Both the position numbers and the translations under genes were made by a program. The notes beneath the pieces are model-generated. The model saw only the letters and a program-made list of their open reading frames with translations. It made no database searches and was not told where the DNA came from. From contig CM059435.1 of assembly GCA_030390025.1 (NCBI GenBank), positions 67,580,001 through 67,644,000 on the forward strand: a stretch of 64,000 nucleotides of DNA, written 5' to 3'. Positions 23,721-37,720 of this stretch are shown in pieces. This DNA is from Squalus acanthias (lineage: Eukaryota). Every line of letters starts with the position of its first letter. The stretch's first letter is position 1.

Positions 23721-25229
23721 GGATGTTGCAAGACTTAATCCAAAGAAGAAAGCATGCAGCAGTTAATGAAAAGATCATGCTGACTAACGCTTGATGCATT
23801 TAAGATTTCAGTATCAATTCTTCCAGGTCTTTCACATCAGCTAACACGTATTTGATTTAAAAAAATCTTAATGCAATATGTCTCATGTCTGTCAAAAGTA
23901 ATTATAGTTACCATAAAAGTCCCCATATCAGTTTTGGATGTGTAGAGTAGCATTATGTGTGCCTGTAATCCGTAGAAGGTTTTGGTCCTTTGGGTGCTTT
24001 CTTGACATAGAACCACATTGAAATGCTGTACTTGTGTTTCTGCAGAAGGAGGAACATTTGTATATCAGCATGACATGTGTGAGGACATCCAATCTTAATG
24101 TATCCGTTCCTTACTGTAAAATGTTTGTAAAAATGCAGCTGGGCATTGTACATTAACTAGTAAGCTGATAAACTGATGATCTGTACAGTTACCACAACGT
24201 TGGTTATGACTAATATTTTAAGGATTGAAGTATTTTTATAACTTGGAACGCCCATGTGATAAACCTTTCCGAGAGTAACTCATTTCATGGAGATTTGCAG
24301 ACTCATTTGGAAGAATCTAAATTTGGTTAAAGCAGGCCCAGTTTGCATTAGGTTGTGCCTGCTCCTTTCGGTAAATGTTAGGGCACATTTGCACAGGGAC
24401 ACAATGACCCCTTGCATGTGCGGTACGCCATTTTCTTCCTCAACACAAGAGTTCTTTTCCTTCCGATGGATGTCAGCAATTGGAAGTGACTATGTTAAAT
24501 TCTGCTTCTGTGGTTTACATTGTTTTTTCATGGTGGCTTTATGGGATATGTGCTTTTTTTGTTGGTGAGCATGCTTCTGAGCTCCCAACGGTCTTGTTCT
24601 AACACATTACCAAGTCCTTGGGGGTCCACTGGAGAGTCATCCTCTCTTGCATGCTCTCTGTATTAAATGAGAACTTGAATTCTGGAGTCCCTGATGCAAA
24701 ATGTAATGGTGTTCAACTGTACAACATAGCACTTATTGGCATTTACTGAGTGGAATTTTCTGTCACTTGTCTGTGGCCAAATATATATATAAAGTTATAC
24801 CAAGGATAAGATACAGCATGAATTACTTAAGTAGACTTTCTCACATGCTGATGATGAGCTGATAGATTCAACTCGGCCACAGAACAAATCTTATTCTAAT
24901 ACGTTCAGCACATTAAGGCAAATATAAGCACAAACCCAGCATGTGCAAACAGCTACAAGTAAATGAGGCAGAGAATTCCTCCTTGTAGCTTAACTTGCAA
25001 GTCAAAAAATGCCCATGTTAAAGGGAACCCACTAATTCTGCATTGTGTTGTGGGGTAAAAGGTTTTCCTTTGCGCCCAGCTGTGCAGGATTGCTGGGTTG
25101 AGAAACAAAGTGCAGGGCAGTCATTCTAGTCAACGATGTGCAGACCTTATTATTGGAAAATTGTGCTGATCACTGTGTGTAGAAGCACTGAAAATATTTT
25201 CAAAAACATAATGGCCCACATTTTGCTGG

Positions 25230-25730
25230 AGTGAGGCATCTCCCAGCGTGCCCCGTTAGTTAGACTTGTTCGTGCATGTTTAGGTTTCAAAATCTTTTGC
25301 CCACAAAGTTGCTGGGAGTGCGAGCTGATAACGGCGCAGTGAGGGCAATAGAGCATCTGGGACCTTGGTAAACAACGGGACAAACAGTGTATCTCCTTAA
25401 CCAATGGAATTAAAGGATTGAGAAATAAACAGAGGAAGGACTAAGAAATAGGGTGAATTAGAGTGGGTGAATTCAATGTCAAATCAGGTACAGAAAGAGA
25501 AATAAAGAGAGGGAAAGAAAGACTGGATTAAGCGAGAGAGAAAAAAAGAGACAGGAAAAATAAGAGAAAAAATAATTAAAATTTAAAATGTGAAATTTAA
25601 AAAATCTCCAAACACAATTCACAACCTGAAGGAATGAGCTCACTTTTAACTGTTCACTTTCTGGGCAAGAGTTGATTGGCAGTCATTAACAATTATCATG
25701 TCATTAAAAGGGTACTTTTCCACCGAGGAG
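25230..25730. repeat. Probable interspersed repeat / DNA-transposon remnant
   Basis: Composition and recalled resemblance to shark repeats; no TIR pair resolved. Confidence 0.3.
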
Positions 25731-28195
25731 TGGAGTATCAATGCAAAAATATTTTATATCATTAGAGGAGCTTGCATCAAGAGCCATGTTGAGCTACGCA
25801 GATGTTACCATAGTGGTTAAAGCACTTAACAAGCCAGCAGTTGGCGACATCAAATTTCAGGCTCAAATTCAATCGTCAGGAGCATTCTCCATTCTTAACA
25901 CTAGTGTAGCTACCTGTAGACTTTACTTGAGGAGAAGAGTGAATCTTAGACCGTTCCCCTTTTGCAGGAAGACGGTGGGCATGTGGTACCAAGTTATTGA
26001 ACTGATCAGTTTAGTTGATAATTGCGAATAGCACAACCCCACTTTACCAACTAAGCAATAATGTACATGGATTAGAGAAACGAAGGGTAGTTCAGTGGCT
26101 TGGTCTTATTAACCTTGGCTTTCTGTAACGCTGTCTGCACAAGTAGAAACTTATTGCTGTTCAGTCATATCTTGAACACAGTGCGGAAAAGCACTCCTTC
26201 GATGTTGAAAACAGTGCTTGGTTTATTTGGAGACAAGACCGTGCTACTTACAATCCATTTCATAAAGGACTCAGCAATCTGACGAGAATGCAAGATATTT
26301 TGTGCTTCCTGCAGTTGTTCGCCGTTAAGGAAACCCATTGAAGGAGTGCAGCGTACAGTGACTTAACATGCAGGTTACCAGATGATGCATTTCCATGTGA
26401 CTTGTTTGTAAACCAAAAGATAAAAGGTTTACAAGAGTTTTCTGTGTGAAGATAATGTTCCTATTCACGTTCTGTGTCATTGGGCTGCTTTACCATTTTT
26501 TTGTAGCAATCTCTTCCTACCTACCACCTACTGTGTAACCAGTGGAAATTGTGCATTTAGCCTACAATCACGTACTTGGTGATTCATGGCACATTTTCTG
26601 CACAAATCACTGTCATTGCTTACTTAGGAAGCTTTTACTGAAACAGTTGTTTGCTTCAGGTTATCACTCGTCTGTCTCAGGACATCATATACAGAGACCT
26701 ACTCCCCTGTTAGGGAGCGTCTGCCATTTGCGACATGCAACACAAGGTGGCTGCTTGGGTAGTACCTTCCAGGTCTCACAATCGTATCTAAAATGGAACT
26801 TCACGTGGAAAGACAGAATATGACAACTGGAACGGTTGGACTGAAGATGATCCTGTGGCTCAAGGTAGAGGAGATCTTGCCATGTGCCTATTGGACTTTT
26901 GTTTACTGGGCATCTGATCAAGGGAAGTTACCTTGGGATAGAACACTCTCGTTTAAGCAAAGAGACGATTTATTGAGGATATTGACCACCTTTTTGTCTT
27001 GTGACTGTAAAGGATAGACTATCCTCTGTAAGAAATCAAACAGATGGCAATACTACGTGATATTTCTTCTGTCTGTGGATAATTAATAGGTGTCTGTGCC
27101 TCTTGCTGTTTCATTCTTCTGAAATCAACAACTTGCAGTTTACAGAAGTTAGTGAGCAGTACTAAAGCACAAATTTGTGGGTGAATAATTCTGTTTGTTG
27201 ATAGCATGATAGCTTCTTCATATCCATGTGGTTCAGTCATCAGTTTCATTACCTTAGCTACCCTCAGCATAACGGTATGTTCTTTTGATGGCTGCAGATA
27301 GGCACTTTGCCTATCATATTTAAGCCATTTAATATTTTCTATACTCTAATGAGGTTCTCTTCCTCCATTCCCCCCCCCCCCACCCTTAACTGCCATCTCC
27401 CCAGTCTTATCTGACGAGCTAGCACAGGGTTGGCATTAGATCTCGAGCAACATGGTGACGTCTGCACGGAGTCAGTCAAAGTCTCGTGCTGATACGTACA
27501 CTGTTTCACAGTGTTTCTTTTCAAAATATCAGACCTCTACTCACCAGCTTCCTGAAGCTGCCTTGATGTGAATTTACAATTAACAACCACTCTACACCAA
27601 GACCCAAATGAAGATGGATCCTCAGTGCTTGGACAGTTCACCAACAGAAAACTGACACTTGGGCAAATCATGGTGTCGATACACATCCCCATCTTCATGA
27701 ATTCAATGTTGCCTTTACCTGATCTTGCCGCTGTTATATAGCAGTCCTAACTTTGCAGATTAGTAGAGTAAATGAGGTAGCCTCTGGAGGCTCTAAGAAC
27801 ATACCCAAGGAGTTTTTGTATTGGCACCACCAGAGGCAATAGTGCCCATGATACCAGTGTACAGAATACCACGTAGCCATCGTGTCTGGCTGTCTGTGGG
27901 CTGGGCAGTGATGTGGTTTCTTATTGGCTGTCCTATGTGAACCTCCCAAAGTCTCGGTGGGGAAGCTAAGGCTCAATGCTGGCTCAATGAAGAACTCAGA
28001 CTCGAAAAGTACCTGCAAGGTTGGTTGGTTTACAGATTGTGCCCTGCAATAGTAACAAAGAAGTGGCCAAAGCAACAGGAGTACATTTAGAGGGCGGGTT
28101 CTTGAAGCCGTTTTGCAACATAAAGACACCGTTACCACATTTTGTCCAAAACAATACACCACAGGCAGGAAAAGTGAAATCCAGTACAGCAAATT

Positions 28196-29590
28196 GGTGT
28201 GGGGGTTGGGAGTTCAGGGGTTGGGGGTGTTGGCAGTGGGTGGGTTGGGAGTGCTGGGGTTTGGGGGTGATGGCAGTGGGCGGGGTGGGAGTGCTGGGGT
28301 TTGGGGGTGTTGGCAGTGGGCGAGGTGGGAGTGCTGGGGTTGGGGGTGTTGGCAGTGGGCAGGTTGGGAGTTCAGGGGTTGGGGGTGTTGACAGTGGGCG
28401 GGGTGGGAGTGCTGGGGTTTGGGGGTGATGGCAGTGGGCGGGGTGGGAGTGCTGGGGTTTGGGGGTGATGGCAGTGGGCGGGTTGGCATTGCTGGGGTTG
28501 GGGGTGTTGGCGGTGGGCGTGCTGGGGTTTGAGGTGCAGGGTTTGGGATGTTGGCAGTGGGCGGGCTGGGAGTGCTGGGGTTTGGGGTGTTGGTAGTGGG
28601 CAGGGTGGGATTGCTGGGGTTTGGGGGAGCTGGGGTTGGGAGTGCTGTGGTTTGGGGTGTTGGCAGTGGGCGGGTTGGGAGTGCTGGGGTTTTGGGGGTG
28701 TTGGCGGTGGGCGTGCTGGGGTTTGGGGTGTTGGCAGTGGGCGTGCTGGGGTTTGGGGGTGTTGGCAGTGGGCGGGTTGGGAGTGCTGGGGTTTTGGGGG
28801 TGTTGGCGGTGGGCGTGCTGTGGTTTGGGGTGTTGGCAGTGGGCGGGGTGGGAGTGCTGGGGTTTGGGGGTGTTGGCAGTGGGCGGGGTGGGAGTGTTGT
28901 GGTTTGGGGTGTTGGCAGTGGGCGGGATGGGAGTGCTGTGGTTTGGGGTGTTGGCAGTGGGCGGGATGGGAGTGCTGTGGTTTGGGGTGTTGGCAGTGGG
29001 CGGGATGGGAGTGCTGTGGTTTGGGGTGTTGGCAGTGGGCAGGGTGGGAGTGCTGTGGTTTGGGGTGTTGGCAGTGGGCGGGGTGGGAGTGCTGTGGTTT
29101 GGGGTGTTGGCAGTGGGCGGGATGGGAGTGCTGGGGTTTGGGGTGTTGGCAGTGGGCGGGATGGGAGTGCTGGGGTTTGGGGTGTTGGCAGTGGGCGGGG
29201 TGGGAGTGTTGTGGTTTGGGGTGTTGGCAGTGGGCGGGTTGGCAGTAGGCGGGTTGGGGGTGTTGGCAGTGGGCGGGATGGGAGTGCTGGGGTTTGGGGT
29301 GTTGGCAGTGGGCGGGATGGGAGTGCTGTGGTTTGGGGTGTTGGCAGTGGGCGGGATGGGAGTGCTGTGGTTTGGGGTGTTGGCAGTGGGCGGGATGGGA
29401 GTGCTGTGGTTTGGGGTGTTGGCAGTGGGCGGGATGGGAGTGCTGTGGTTTGGGGTGTTGGCAGTGGGCGGGATGGGAGTGCTGTGGTTTGGGGTGTTGG
29501 CAGTGGGCAGGATGGGAGTGCTGGGGTTTGGGGGTGTTGGCAGTGGGCAGGGTGGGATTGCTGGGGTTTGGGGGAGCTGGGGTTGGGAGA
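28196..29590. repeat. G-rich minisatellite, about 39-bp unit TTGGCAGTGGGCGGGATGGGAGTGCTGTGGTTTGGGGTG
   Basis: Tandem repetition; 13-aa periodicity in the spurious ORFs. Confidence 0.96.
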
Positions 29591-29675
29591 ACCGGAGTTT
29601 GGAGTCAGGGTGTTAATGGTGTCCGCGTTGGAAATGGGGTGGGGTATTTGGGAGTGGGGAGGTTGGGGGTAATGG

Positions 29676-30238
29676 AGCCGGGTTGGGATTGGGGATGCCG
29701 GGATTGGGGATGCTGGGATTGGGATTGGGGGTGCCAGGGTTGGGATTGGGGTGCCGGGATTGGGATTGGGGATGCCAGGATTGGGGATGCTGGGATTGAG
29801 ATTGGGGCTGCCGGGATTGGGATTGGGGGTGCCAGGGTTGGGATTGGGGATGCTGGGATTGGGGATGCCGGGATTGGGGATGCCGGGATTGGGGGTATTG
29901 GGATTGGGGTGCCGGGATTGGGATTGGGGGTACTGGGGTTGGGATTAGGGGTGCCAGATTTGGGATTGGGGGTGCCGGGATTGGGGCGCCGGGGTTGGGA
30001 TTGGGATTGGGATTGGGGTTTGGGGGTGCCAGAGTTGGGATTGGGGGTGCCGGGGTTGGGATTGGGATTGGGGGTACCGGGGTTGGGATTGGGGGTGCCA
30101 GAGTTGGGATTGGGGGCCCCGGATTGGGATTGGGGGTAACCGGGTTGGGATTGAGGGTGCTGGGGTTGGGATTGGGGGGCCGGGGTTGGGATTGGGGGTG
30201 CCGGGATTAGGATTGTGGGTGCCAGGGTTGGGATTGCG
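29676..30238. repeat. G-rich repeat built from GGGATT hexamers and GGGGTGCC blocks
   Basis: Runs such as gggattgggattgggggtgcc repeated. Confidence 0.93.
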
Positions 30239-30271
30239 GAATCCTGGATTCCATGAACAAATTTAAAAAAA

Positions 30272-30402
30272 AATTGCTGTTTTTTGTGGGATCTTGCTCT
30301 GTGCAAATGGGCTGTACATTTGTGCAAAGAATAGCTGCTCCACTTCTTAATTAATTCATTGCATGTCCTGAGGATGTCATCAAGAGCTATATAAAGTCTT
30401 CT
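30272..30402 (+). mobile_element. Degraded DeuSINE 3' end
   Basis: tgtgggatcttgctctgtgcaaat..cctgaggatgt..gctatataaa. Confidence 0.55.
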
Positions 30403-31374
30403 ATTTCCATCCTACTACACATAAGCAGTGAAATACTAATCAATGTCATAGAACAGATGCAAATGATTCCAAGGTTGTAACCTAAGAGAAAGGGCCAAAT
30501 CATCTAAACTCGAGTTTAGATTACTGCTTGAAATACTTATGGAAAAGTATTTTTAAACGATGTACAAATCAATACAATGTCACACTAAAGGTTCGTTAGT
30601 TCATTCTCTCTCTGGTTTATTGGTGAGAGGTGTCGGTGGTGCTTGCTGGGAGGTATGGGCTGTGGTTGAGGGAGGGATCGAGCTGGGCTGCAGCTGGCTG
30701 TGGAGTGATGAGTGGTGGATTGAGGGGCCACAGCGTGCTGACAGAAAGCAACGTGAAAGGGTTGATGCTCCACCAGTGCCACACTTTGAGTCTTTTGTTC
30801 TGTCCTCTCCTCTGCCACACACACCCACTGGCCTTGAGTTCTCCCATTGCTCTTGTGGCTATCAGTATTGGTTTATACCCTCCCCCCCACCCCAAACAAC
30901 ATGACAGCAGTGGCCAATGTTCTCCTTACAGCACCTGATCTCCTCAGCAACAGTACAGAGTATCACGAATTAATGATTTTGAAAACTTCAGCTCAGGATT
31001 GTTGATCATTTACATTTTGGAATGAAGTAAAGACTGCAATTAAGTCTTTGGGCTTGTGCTGACATTGGTGATACATTCAAACTCAGTGCTCAGCATTTGC
31101 GTCATCTGTTTGATTTGTAGCCTTGTAACATTGCCTGTGCTGCTTCCCATTAGTTCTAGCTGTACTTTCTCCTGTACAGTGATCTCTCACCCAGTGTTTT
31201 CCCAACACCATCCTTGTCTTAATCTCTGGTTCTTGTGGCAAAAGTGGGTACTGGCGAAACTTGGCAAGCCTGATCAGTGAAGTACAAAAGGCAAGATCTT
31301 TGCATAATCTAAAAAGATAACTGTATGGGACAGACACGGACTGGATTTTATGAAGCCATGAGGTCCCCAGATCA

Positions 31375-31915
31375 ATTCATACAATCATGCAGCACAGTAG
31401 GAGGCCATTCAGCTCATCGTGTCTGTGCCGGCTCTTTGAAAGAGCTATCCAATTAGTCCCACTCCCCTGCTCTTTCCCCATAGCCCTGCAAATTTCTCCT
31501 TTTCAAGTATGAATCCAGTTTCCTTTTGAAAGTTATTATTGAATCTTTCGGGCAGTGAATTCCAGATCAAAGAAAGAAAGAAGAAAGAAAGACTTGCATT
31601 TCTATAGCGCCTTTCACAACCACCGGACGTCTCAAAGCACTTCACAGCCAATGAAGTACTTTCGAAGTGGAGTCACTGTTGTAATGTGGGAAACGCGGCA
31701 GCCAATTTGCGCACAGCAAGCTCCCACAAACAGCAATGTGATAATGACCAGATAATCTGTTTTTTTTGTTTGCAACTCGCTGTGTAAAAAAAAACTAGTC
31801 TGCATTTCCCACCTGGATTTTTTGCCAATTATCTTAAATCTGTGACCTTTGGTTACCGACCCTCCTGCCAGTAGAAATAGTTTCTCCTCATCTACTCTAT
31901 CAAAACCCCTCTTAA
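31375..31915 (-). mobile_element. CR1 3' fragment interrupted by a DeuSINE 3' fragment (31569-31770, minus)
   Basis: CR1 tail ggaggccattc and GFDRVDEEKLF..GHRFKIIGK; insert starts (aaag)n acttgcatttctatagcgcc. Confidence 0.85.
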
Positions 31916-33348
31916 CCACTCAATTCAATGTTAAAATTCTCATCAGCACTTATATGGTTTGATATAAACAGAAGGTATATTTAGCAGCAATTTGACGGAA
32001 AATTATACCATGTGCCGTGTAGTGCAGAAGCTATTACCCACTGTTAGTTGGATGCTAAAGTCCATCTTATCGGTTATTTTTGGCAGTGCTACCAAGTCAA
32101 GGAGAATTGCTCTTAATGGCCAGCAGGGAATATATAAAGAAAATAAATTCCTCTTGATTTCTTCAAATCAAATGTTCCAATAAATGGTTTGGTGAAAGCT
32201 ATTTTGGTTATCGGGCGTCATGTAACTAGCGGGCTATCTGTTAGATGGATCCACCTCATTTCCATGGAGATGGTCAGATCTTCCCCTGCCAGCGGGCAGA
32301 AGTGCCCTTAAATGATTGAAGAATGTGCAAGGCAATACGTTAACGGTCACCATTCCAGCTTGGGTTGCTTCTCCAACTCCAACTCCAACTCATTCTTCCT
32401 CAGGACCAAGGAACTCCTTACCACCGTCAGTCTTCCCTTCCTCCTGCGGAATCCGAGCTTTTAAAACCCAGGCTTGACATCACCAGATCACAATCTTCTG
32501 ATTCACCACATCGTGTCTCCTCCTCTTTTCGACCTCGAGACTGTCTTGCCCTGGGGACCTTGTCCGCTCACTTTGGTTTCGTAATTTAAAATAAGAAATC
32601 GGGGATTTGTGCAGGCTAATTGGAAATTTAGAGAACAGTAAGTTTGCCAGTTCTTGGGAATTGTGAATGTGTTTGTGTTCCAATTGATTTTTATGGACTT
32701 AAAATAAGACCTTAGACCCAAGAGTTAGCTTGATGTACAACCGAAGGTGAGGTGTGTGTCCCCAATACATTGGCTTGATTGACTGTGAATTGTAGAGGTT
32801 GAGTAATGAGGCAGAGTTGCCCAGATTTGACTTGAGAAGTTGCTGGTTCAAAAAAAAAACTCAAAGCAGACCTGCCAACTCTTGAGGCTTGGAAGAAATG
32901 CCTATTGTTCGAATACTGGCAAAAGGCTTGACGAGCAGTCAAACAGTGGCACACTGGGAGCATTTAAAGCCCCATGGAAAATCTCGCCTTTCTCTTCGGT
33001 GGTGGATATCTTTCCATACCAATAGCGTTGTCACCAGGAAACCCCCCCCCACAAAAAAAATGCTTTCTGTTCAGATTTGGAGAACAAAGTGTTCCTGCCA
33101 AAAAAATGTCTTGAAGGCTCTGTGTTGTCCTTCGCGGGCGGGGGAGGGGTCATGTTGTTATGCCACTGTTGGATTGGCTTAGAATTAGCCCAGGCTGTTC
33201 AGAATAGTGACGCATTGTTTTTGACATCGTCCGCAGTGGTAGCAGATGAGTGAGCGAGTGCGATGGGTTGGCATGATCTATCACCATTTACTAATTGGAG
33301 TTTCTCCTTTGCAAGAAAAATAGATGGCACACGGGTTGTAGTGCTATT

Positions 33349-33485
33349 AGAAACTGTCCTGAATGATGATGAGCTATAAGAAACTGTACTGAATGATGAG
33401 CTATGAGAAACTGTCCTGAATGATGAGCTGTGAGAAACTGTACTGAATGATGAGCTGTGAGAAACTGTACTGAATGATGAGCTAT
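33349..33485. repeat. Minisatellite, 27-bp unit AGAAACTGTMCTGAATGATGAGCTRTG, 5 copies
   Basis: Direct tandem repetition. Confidence 0.93.
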
Positions 33486-33504
33486 CAGCAAGACAAAACA
33501 AAGC

Positions 33505-34021
33505 GGCCTAGAAATTGCACCGTACCCGAATCGGGGCTGAGCCTGGTGCAGTGCACACTGCATGCGCCGAATGAGGCTGCAGCAGGACCATGGCAAATTG
33601 GTTCATCGGACTCGCATTTGTTTATTACCGGTGAGCTGCGGGTGGCAATCGCAGCCCCAGAGGCAGCTCGGCAGGTCGCGGGGAGGATGGTGGGGTGGCG
33701 GGGGGGGGGGGAGGGGTGGGAGCGCAGCAAGATCGAGCGGTGGGAGGCAGCGGCCCGTGGTTTTAACGTGGAGCATTCTGGGTCATCCCGGCTCCCCAAT
33801 AAGGCGACACATTCACAATCGTAATTCCGCAAAGGGGGCCTGAAACTGGCTTTGGGCCCTCGATTTGCACGTGCAAAGGGCTTAACGCCAATTTCAGGGG
33901 CGCGTCATGGACGCCTACGGAGGAGCCCTAACCAATCTGGCAGGCAGAATGAGCGCGTGCATGGCATATTGGCCCATTTTACGCCAGTATTATAAGCGCA
34001 GCTCGATCCAATTTCTAGGCC
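33505..34021. mobile_element. GC-rich MITE (Harbinger-like termini)
   Basis: Perfect 13-bp TIRs GGCCTAGAAATTG / CAATTTCTAGGCC; TSD not preserved. Confidence 0.75.
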
Positions 34022-35083
34022 TTTTAATCCCACTAAATTACTGGTTCTCAGACTATCCCATACGGGCATCCCCTGCAAATATCAACATGCCTTTGGGATC
34101 CTAAGGCCACTGAAAATGTTGGCACATTCCTAGTGACCGCCCTGCCCCACCACCCCCAAAACTATCGAGATGTTCCTTGGAACATTTTACAAATATTAAT
34201 ATACTTCAGGGGATCCCCTGAAAAATTTGACAAACTCCCAGCGTCTCAATGCACTAACTTTCAAAAGACAATGCCAGCTACCCAAAGGAAATGAGAGCTA
34301 TTGTAGAAAATGTTTAATTTTTATTAGAATGCAGCATGACCTGCAGTTGGGGGTTTTGCTGTGCACGAAGTTCCACCATTTGGTGGGTAAGGGGAGCATT
34401 GATGTGCGTGAAGGTCTTCTCTCACCCTGCTTTTCCCTATGTTTGTATATTCAGAGTTGAAGAAGTAAGATGTTGACAAGTCAGTAAATACAGGATAATG
34501 CTGAAAAATAAAGGATAGGGAGTTCTGGAAATACCGAACCCCAGTCCCAGACAGATAGAAATCACAAGATCCCTTTGATCTTCTCTGGGGCCCTAGTTTG
34601 GAAACCTATGAGCTGAAAATATCCAACAAGCCTTGTTTATATTGTTTAAATGAGATGACCAAGAGTCTTTGAAAATATCATACAGAATGATTAACACAAC
34701 ATCACCAAATGTTCATGTGGCCATTGATTTCTTGAAGGCCTTGTGAAGTTTAAAAGATTGGATAGTATTTGGCGGATGGTTTCTCCACTGCAATGGAATG
34801 CTTCTCCAATATCCAACAAAACCAGCATGGAGGAAGTTTTCCTTGTGCCTTCTCCCAGCTACTCCAGCAGCGCTGTTAAGCAGGGAGCTCTTCCTAAAAC
34901 TATTACTGGCACCACAATCACTCGTAAAGCAGCTCGTGTCAAAGAACGGCGAGTTAACAAACAAATATCAACTAGTTCCAATGGATACTTTCACACTTGC
35001 GAGCAGGAAGCAAGGATTGGTAATCCTAAGAAGTTGAATTAGCAGAGACATTGGTTGAAGCATCCACATCTGGTGAATTGTGT

Positions 35084-35495
35084 AAAAAAAGAAAGACTTG
35101 CGTTTATATAGCATCTTTTATGACCACCGGACGTCTCAAAGCGCTTTACAGCCAATGAAGTACTTTTGAAGTGGAGTCACTGTTGTAATGTAAGAAACGT
35201 GGCAGCCAATTTGCGCACAGCAAGGTCCCACAAACAGCAATGTGATAATGACCCGAATATCTTTTTTTTGGCTATGTTGGTTGAGGGATAAATATTGGCC
35301 AGGACACCGGGGATAACTCCCCTGCTCTTCTTCAAAATAGTGCCATGGGATTTTTTACTTCCACCTGAGAGCAGATGGGGCCTTGGTTTCACGTCTCATC
35401 TGAAAGACGGCCCCTCCAACAGTGCAGCACTTCCTGGAGTGGGACTTGAACCCACAACCTTCTGACTCAGAGGCAAGTGTGCTACCAGCTGACAC
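35084..35495 (-). mobile_element. DeuSINE (SacSINE1-like) with internal deletion
   Basis: tRNA-like head (gggacttgaacccacaaccttctgactcagag), Deu-type body, L2-like tail. Confidence 0.85.
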
Positions 35496-36454
35496 CAAAG
35501 GGGTCTGATTGTTGGCAGTGTTGACAAGGTCTCCTGTGTACGTGAACGTTGACTGCCATTGGAGTTTTAAATCCAACTGAGTAATTGGATATTTGATTAG
35601 AGTCCTGCCCCTTTCCTGCACAGTGCTGCAACTTCAGCGGTTGTGGATTACTGGAAATTTCAGAACTGAACTGCGCACTTCATGTTTATTCTACACCTGA
35701 ATTCATCAGGAAGCCAGCTCCTGTTACACTGCTAATTTGTGTCAATGCAAAACAGGTTCCGCTTCTTGTTGACGTAAAACCAGGAGTTTACCCAGAGGGT
35801 CAGCCTGTCACTTTTGGCTTGAGGAATGAAAGCACCTCCAGTCGGCAGTTTCATACCCTCTGGCTTCGTAGCAGATGTGGCACAGAAAGTGCCCAGGTGG
35901 TCTAATGGACAGCCTGGGCACTGTATAAACTTAAGCAGAGTCTCTTTAATGTTGCGAGTTTGTGCTTTCAAAACATCAAGTTTATTAGTGGCGGAGCACA
36001 GCACTAAAACCCCGCAGCACGCAGATCTTTCTAACCCAAGCTTTACCTCATTCGCTCTCCTTCCCTCTTCAAACTGCAGTGTAGGCCATGGCTCTTTCCC
36101 AAGGTTTCTTTGTTTAAAAAAAAATGTCTTGAGATATTTATTATTCAACTCCCATTACTCTATACACCGCACAGAGTTCTGAAGTCATTGAAGAAATGCG
36201 ACTGACCATATAATTATACTCTTGTTATCGTTCATTTTATTCCATGCCAATGGGACTGCAAGCCACGAATAATGAGACCGACCTGTGTGTTGGGTAGCAT
36301 TGACTTTGTGCTGCTCACGTGGTTCCTTCAAGCAGTTAGTCCCACCTACCCTCATCTCACTTGGCTTGTCTTGCACTCTTCCGATTTCATGATCACTCTA
36401 GCTCTGTCCAAAGTTCACTGCCACGTCACTCCTAACTAAAGGAGCGCTGTCTTC

Positions 36455-37035
36455 ACGAACCTTGGTTAGACCACACTTGGAGTACTGTGTACAATTCTGG
36501 TCGGCCTATTATAAAAAGGATATAGAGGTACTGGAGCAGGTGCAAAAAAGATTTACAAGGATGATACGAGAAATGCGAGGTTATACCTATCAGGAAAGGA
36601 TGAACAGGCTGGGCTCTTTTCTCTTGAAAATAGAAGGATGAGGGGTGACCTAATAGAGGTCTTTAAAATTATAAAAGGTTTTGATAGAGTGGATACAGAG
36701 AGAATGTTTCCACTTGTGAGGAAGAGCATAACTAGAGGTCATCAATATAAGATCAGTCACCAAGAAATCAAATAGGGAATTCAGAAGAAACTTCTTTACC
36801 CAAAGAGTGGTGAGAATGTGGAACTCGCTACTACAGGGAGTGGTTGAAGCGAATAGTATAGATGCATTTAAGGGGCGGTTGGATAAGCATATGAGGGAGA
36901 AGGGAATAGAGGGTTATGCTGATAGATTTAGATGAGGAAAGACGGGAGGAGGCTCAAGTGGAGCATAAACGCCAGCATGGACTGGTTGGGCCGAATGGCC
37001 TGTTTCTGTGCTGTATATCCGATGTATTTCTATGT
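36455..37035 (+). mobile_element. CR1 3' fragment
   Basis: LVRPHLEYCVQFW..RGDLIEVFK..RVVRMWNSL; tail gggccgaatggcctgtttctgtgctg. Confidence 0.9.
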
Positions 37036-37289
37036 AAGAAAGTATTGTTCAAACCTTTTATTTGCGAAGTGAGAAGAGTCAGAAGAACCGTTCATCATTT
37101 CTGTTGGGAGGATGTTCTACACAAGCAAGACATTGATGAATGTCAATGCTTCATTGAGTTGTGAGCTGACAAACAAGTGCAGATAGGTTTGCGAAATGAT
37201 GTTGCACGAAGCGGGCCTTTTTATTAAGTCGAAATCCACCAATTTATCTGTTTCTGGTTGGAGCTGTCAATTCAGAAAAAAGCAGTCCA

Positions 37290-37720
37290 CTTGTTCGGCA
37301 ATCATCCACCATCTTAAACATCACTTCCTCCACCACCGGCGTACCGTGGCTGCAGTGTGTACCATCTACAGGATGCACTGCAGCAACTCGCCAAGGCTTC
37401 TTCGGCAGCACCTCCCAAACCCGTGACCTCTACCACCTAGAAGGACAAAGGCACCAGGTACATGGGAAAACTATCTCTTCCAAGTTCTCCTCCATGTCAC
37501 ACATCATCCCAACTTGGAAACATATCACTGTTCCTTCATGGTCGCTGGGTCAAAATCCTGGAACTCCCTCCCTAACAGCACTGTGGGAGTACCTTCACCA
37601 CACGGACTGCAGCGGTTCAAGAAGAAAGCTCACCACCACCTTGTCAAGGGAAACTGAGGATGGGCAATAAATACTTTCCTTGCTAGCGACGCCCATATCC
37701 AGAGAATGAATGAAAAAAAA
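37290..37720 (+). mobile_element. Non-LTR retrotransposon 3' end (CR1/L2 group; same family as 58514-59158)
   Basis: HHRRTVAAVCTIYRMHCSNSPRLLRQHLPNP; UTR gggcaataaat..gaatgaatg(a)n. Confidence 0.85.

Noticed and set aside
29676-30238. Interstitial telomere
   Set aside because: The hexamer is GGGATT/TTGGGA mixed with GGGGTGCC rather than tandem TTAGGG.
28021-30327. Gly/Trp/Cys-rich or collagen/keratin-like ORFs
   Set aside because: Artefacts of G-rich tandem repeats, open in all three frames.
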